Made by a program: the position numbers and the translations under genes. From IMG/VR virus record IMGVR_UViG_3300010376_000054, positions 1 to 46,448 of that record: a stretch of 46,448 nucleotides of DNA; one strand, given 5' to 3'. The notes below the pieces were generated by a model, which was given only the letters and a program-made list of their open reading frames with translations, was not told the origin of the DNA and made no database searches. Positions 45,201 to 46,448 of this stretch are shown one piece after another (the stretch's first letter is position 1; every line of letters begins with the position of its first letter). This stretch comes from a virus. Its lineage: Duplodnaviria; Caudoviricetes.

Positions 45201-45638
45201 TTACCTTACTCCATCTACTGGTTTATTTTTTATTTCTTCCAAATGCCGATTAACTTCATCAACCTCTCCTGCTATTCTTGCTCTCCACTCCAATGTTCCT
45301 TGAGCCAGAGTATCTATCTTAGTATTTATTCGAAGAATTTCCTGATCGGTGTAAACATCGTGGGCATCCCCCTGTTTAGCCTGAGATAGATCAACTGCCA
45401 TTTTCCGTTGCTCATCACTTAATCTAGCCAGATCTACTTCTGACTTTGTTACCCTATCATCTACTACAGCTATTTTATTGCTGTTATCAAAAGAGTGAGT
45501 TACAACTACCAATATAACAGTAACCGTAACAGCACCTAAAGCTGTAAACATTATTTTCCCTACTTCTATGAAAGATTTCACTCTTTCTACATCTTTAACA
45601 AGTTCATGGAATTTTTCAGCATTATACTCATCTGGCAT
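45201..45638 (-). CDS. Single-TM coiled-coil membrane protein
   Basis: One hydrophobic helix (IMFTALGAVTVTVILVVV) followed by heptads. Confidence 0.7.
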   Translation of the reverse strand: MPDEYNAEKFHELVKDVERVKSFIEVGKIMFTALGAVTVTVILVVVTHSFDNSNKIAVVDDRVTKSEVDLARLSDEQRKMAVDLSQAKQGDAHDVYTDQEILRINTKIDTLAQGTLEWRARIAGEVDEVNRHLEEIKNKPVDGVR

Positions 45639-45645
45639 ATATAAA

Positions 45646-45717
45646 TGCCGCAGGAGGGAATTGAACCCTCTGGAGTCACTTGGTTAGGGCGATTCTCTTT
45701 TACCTTCAAGCTGCGGC
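45646..45717 (-). ncRNA. tRNA-like element (perfect acceptor stem and T arm, non-canonical D and anticodon arms)
   Basis: GCCGCAG...CTGCGGC-A 7-bp acceptor stem; GAGGG-TTCAATT-CCCTC T arm; 72 nt; no encoded CCA. Confidence 0.7.
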
Positions 45718-45749
45718 ATTCTCTCTGTTGCTTCCGTTTAACTTGAGTT

Positions 45750-45789
45750 AAAACGAGGGAGGAGTGCTGCCAAAGCTAACTCCTCCCTC
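45750..45789 (-). terminator. GC-rich hairpin after terS, terminator-like
   Basis: GAGGGAGGAGT...ACTCCTCCCTC followed by GTTTT. Confidence 0.55.
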
Positions 45790-45824
45790 TGGCTTGCGTC
45801 TCCTCTCGACTCAGTAGCCAAATC

Positions 45825-46409
45825 TTATTTCTCATCTTTTTCATCTGAGTCTCCGTTTTCGTTATCCTTCAGCACTTCACTGTAGGATGCTAATTTTTTA
45901 TTGTGCCTTAAAATTTTCTCTGGCGTTGGAGGATCGATACTTTCCCAGATCTCATTTACAACGTCAGTCAGTATTTTAACTATTTCCTCGTAACTACGTT
46001 CCTCTAACATTCGCCCTACATAAGTTGGGAGTCCCAAAATCTTGTTGCGGAGAGGAATTGTCGCATTAGCCCACTCCATTTCAATATCCGGTATTGGCGC
46101 GATCTTACCGCGCATCATCATTATTTTCAGATCCTGATCTATTAACGATTTTTCAACCTTAACAGTTCGAGCTTCTTCGTACCTAGAGGCAGGAGTTTGA
46201 TTATTTCTTTTATTTCTTAACCATGTAACAAATTGACTGATAGCTTCGATTCCATATTTCCCATTAACAGGATCTCCCTCGTCATTAACAAAATGTTTAA
46301 TTACCCCTTTCCTAACTACTTCCAAAAAATAATCCTGACTGATTCCTAACACTCTAGCTAATTCTAGTGCCGTATATGTTCTACGTTGGGAAATAGTTCC
46401 TGTAGGCAT
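45825..46409 (-). CDS. terS: Terminase small subunit (Nu1-like)
   Basis: N-terminal winged HTH (ELARVLGIS...GVI), coiled coil, GKIAP, RNKILGLP. Confidence 0.85.
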   Translation of the reverse strand: MPTGTISQRRTYTALELARVLGISQDYFLEVVRKGVIKHFVNDEGDPVNGKYGIEAISQFVTWLRNKRNNQTPASRYEEARTVKVEKSLIDQDLKIMMMRGKIAPIPDIEMEWANATIPLRNKILGLPTYVGRMLEERSYEEIVKILTDVVNEIWESIDPPTPEKILRHNKKLASYSEVLKDNENGDSDEKDEK

Positions 46410-46448
46410 ATTTTTTTGGTAACATCAATTAATAGCTAACTTTTTTGC

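Larger units (their letters stand above)
2149..45751. repeat. Dispersed palindrome TTAAC-N4-GTTAA (often TTTAAC-N4-GTTAAA), 18 copies found by eye
   Basis: Core starts at 2149, 3790, 5347, 7184, 10196, 11679, 12990, 15120, 19416, 20011, 25107, 27632, 31997, 35218, 38650, 40793, 43995, 45738. Confidence 0.92.

Noticed and set aside
1277-45389. All plus-strand ORFs in the track
   Set aside because: They are short, antisense to well-supported minus-strand genes and show no recognisable motifs.
2149-45751. Palindrome copies as a CRISPR array, IS ends or intrinsic terminators
   Set aside because: Copies are 14-16 bp and kilobases apart, no transposase is present, no consistent target duplication was seen, and the AT-rich 5-6 bp stems lack a U tract.
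1-46448. Genome-wide TAG reassignment (alternative genetic code)
   Set aside because: Only one in-frame TAG interrupts a gene; the other genes are full length in the standard code and several end at TAG (3330, 7360, 24742, 26621, 36905, 44112).
1-46448. Decayed prophage as the explanation for the PolA stop and the IPT frameshift
   Set aside because: Cannot be excluded, but the remaining genes look intact and tightly coupled, no host genes or integrase are visible, and the frameshift coincides exactly with the dispersed palindrome.

Overview
The window is a partial genome of a tailed dsDNA phage, roughly 40% GC, with every real gene on the minus strand. Read right to left it has: terminase small and large subunits (lambda Nu1/GpA type), a degenerate tRNA-like element, a glycosyltransferase-like gene and small membrane proteins; a lambda-type head (gpW, portal, S49 protease, decoration protein, capsid E); a P2/Mu-type contractile tail and baseplate; a ~10 kb fibre/adhesion module; and a sigma70-driven replication module. 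The replication module holds an AAA ATPase, a GH75-like protein, an SNF2 helicase, an RHH protein, a PD-(D/E)XK exonuclease, a ParB-like protein, a Sak4-like ATPase, an SSB, a UDG-like protein, and a family A DNA polymerase that runs off the left edge. Main observations: (1) a candidate modular virion fibre, in which a 1293-aa protein has ~40 copies of a ~20-aa strand repeat and the same repeat forms a short C-terminal tag on a GH10-IPT-CBM enzyme, a DUF4038/GH140-like enzyme, a beta-sandwich protein and baseplate gpI; (2) a palindrome TTAAC-N4-GTTAA found 18 times by eye, mostly at gene junctions, one copy of which splits an IPT domain between two reading frames; (3) a PolA missed by the ORF track, with an in-frame TAG and unusual DpoZ-like active-site substitutions; (4) a Tat-signal paralogue of the fibre subunit inside the replication module. 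All family calls come from motif recognition by eye; no searches were run.
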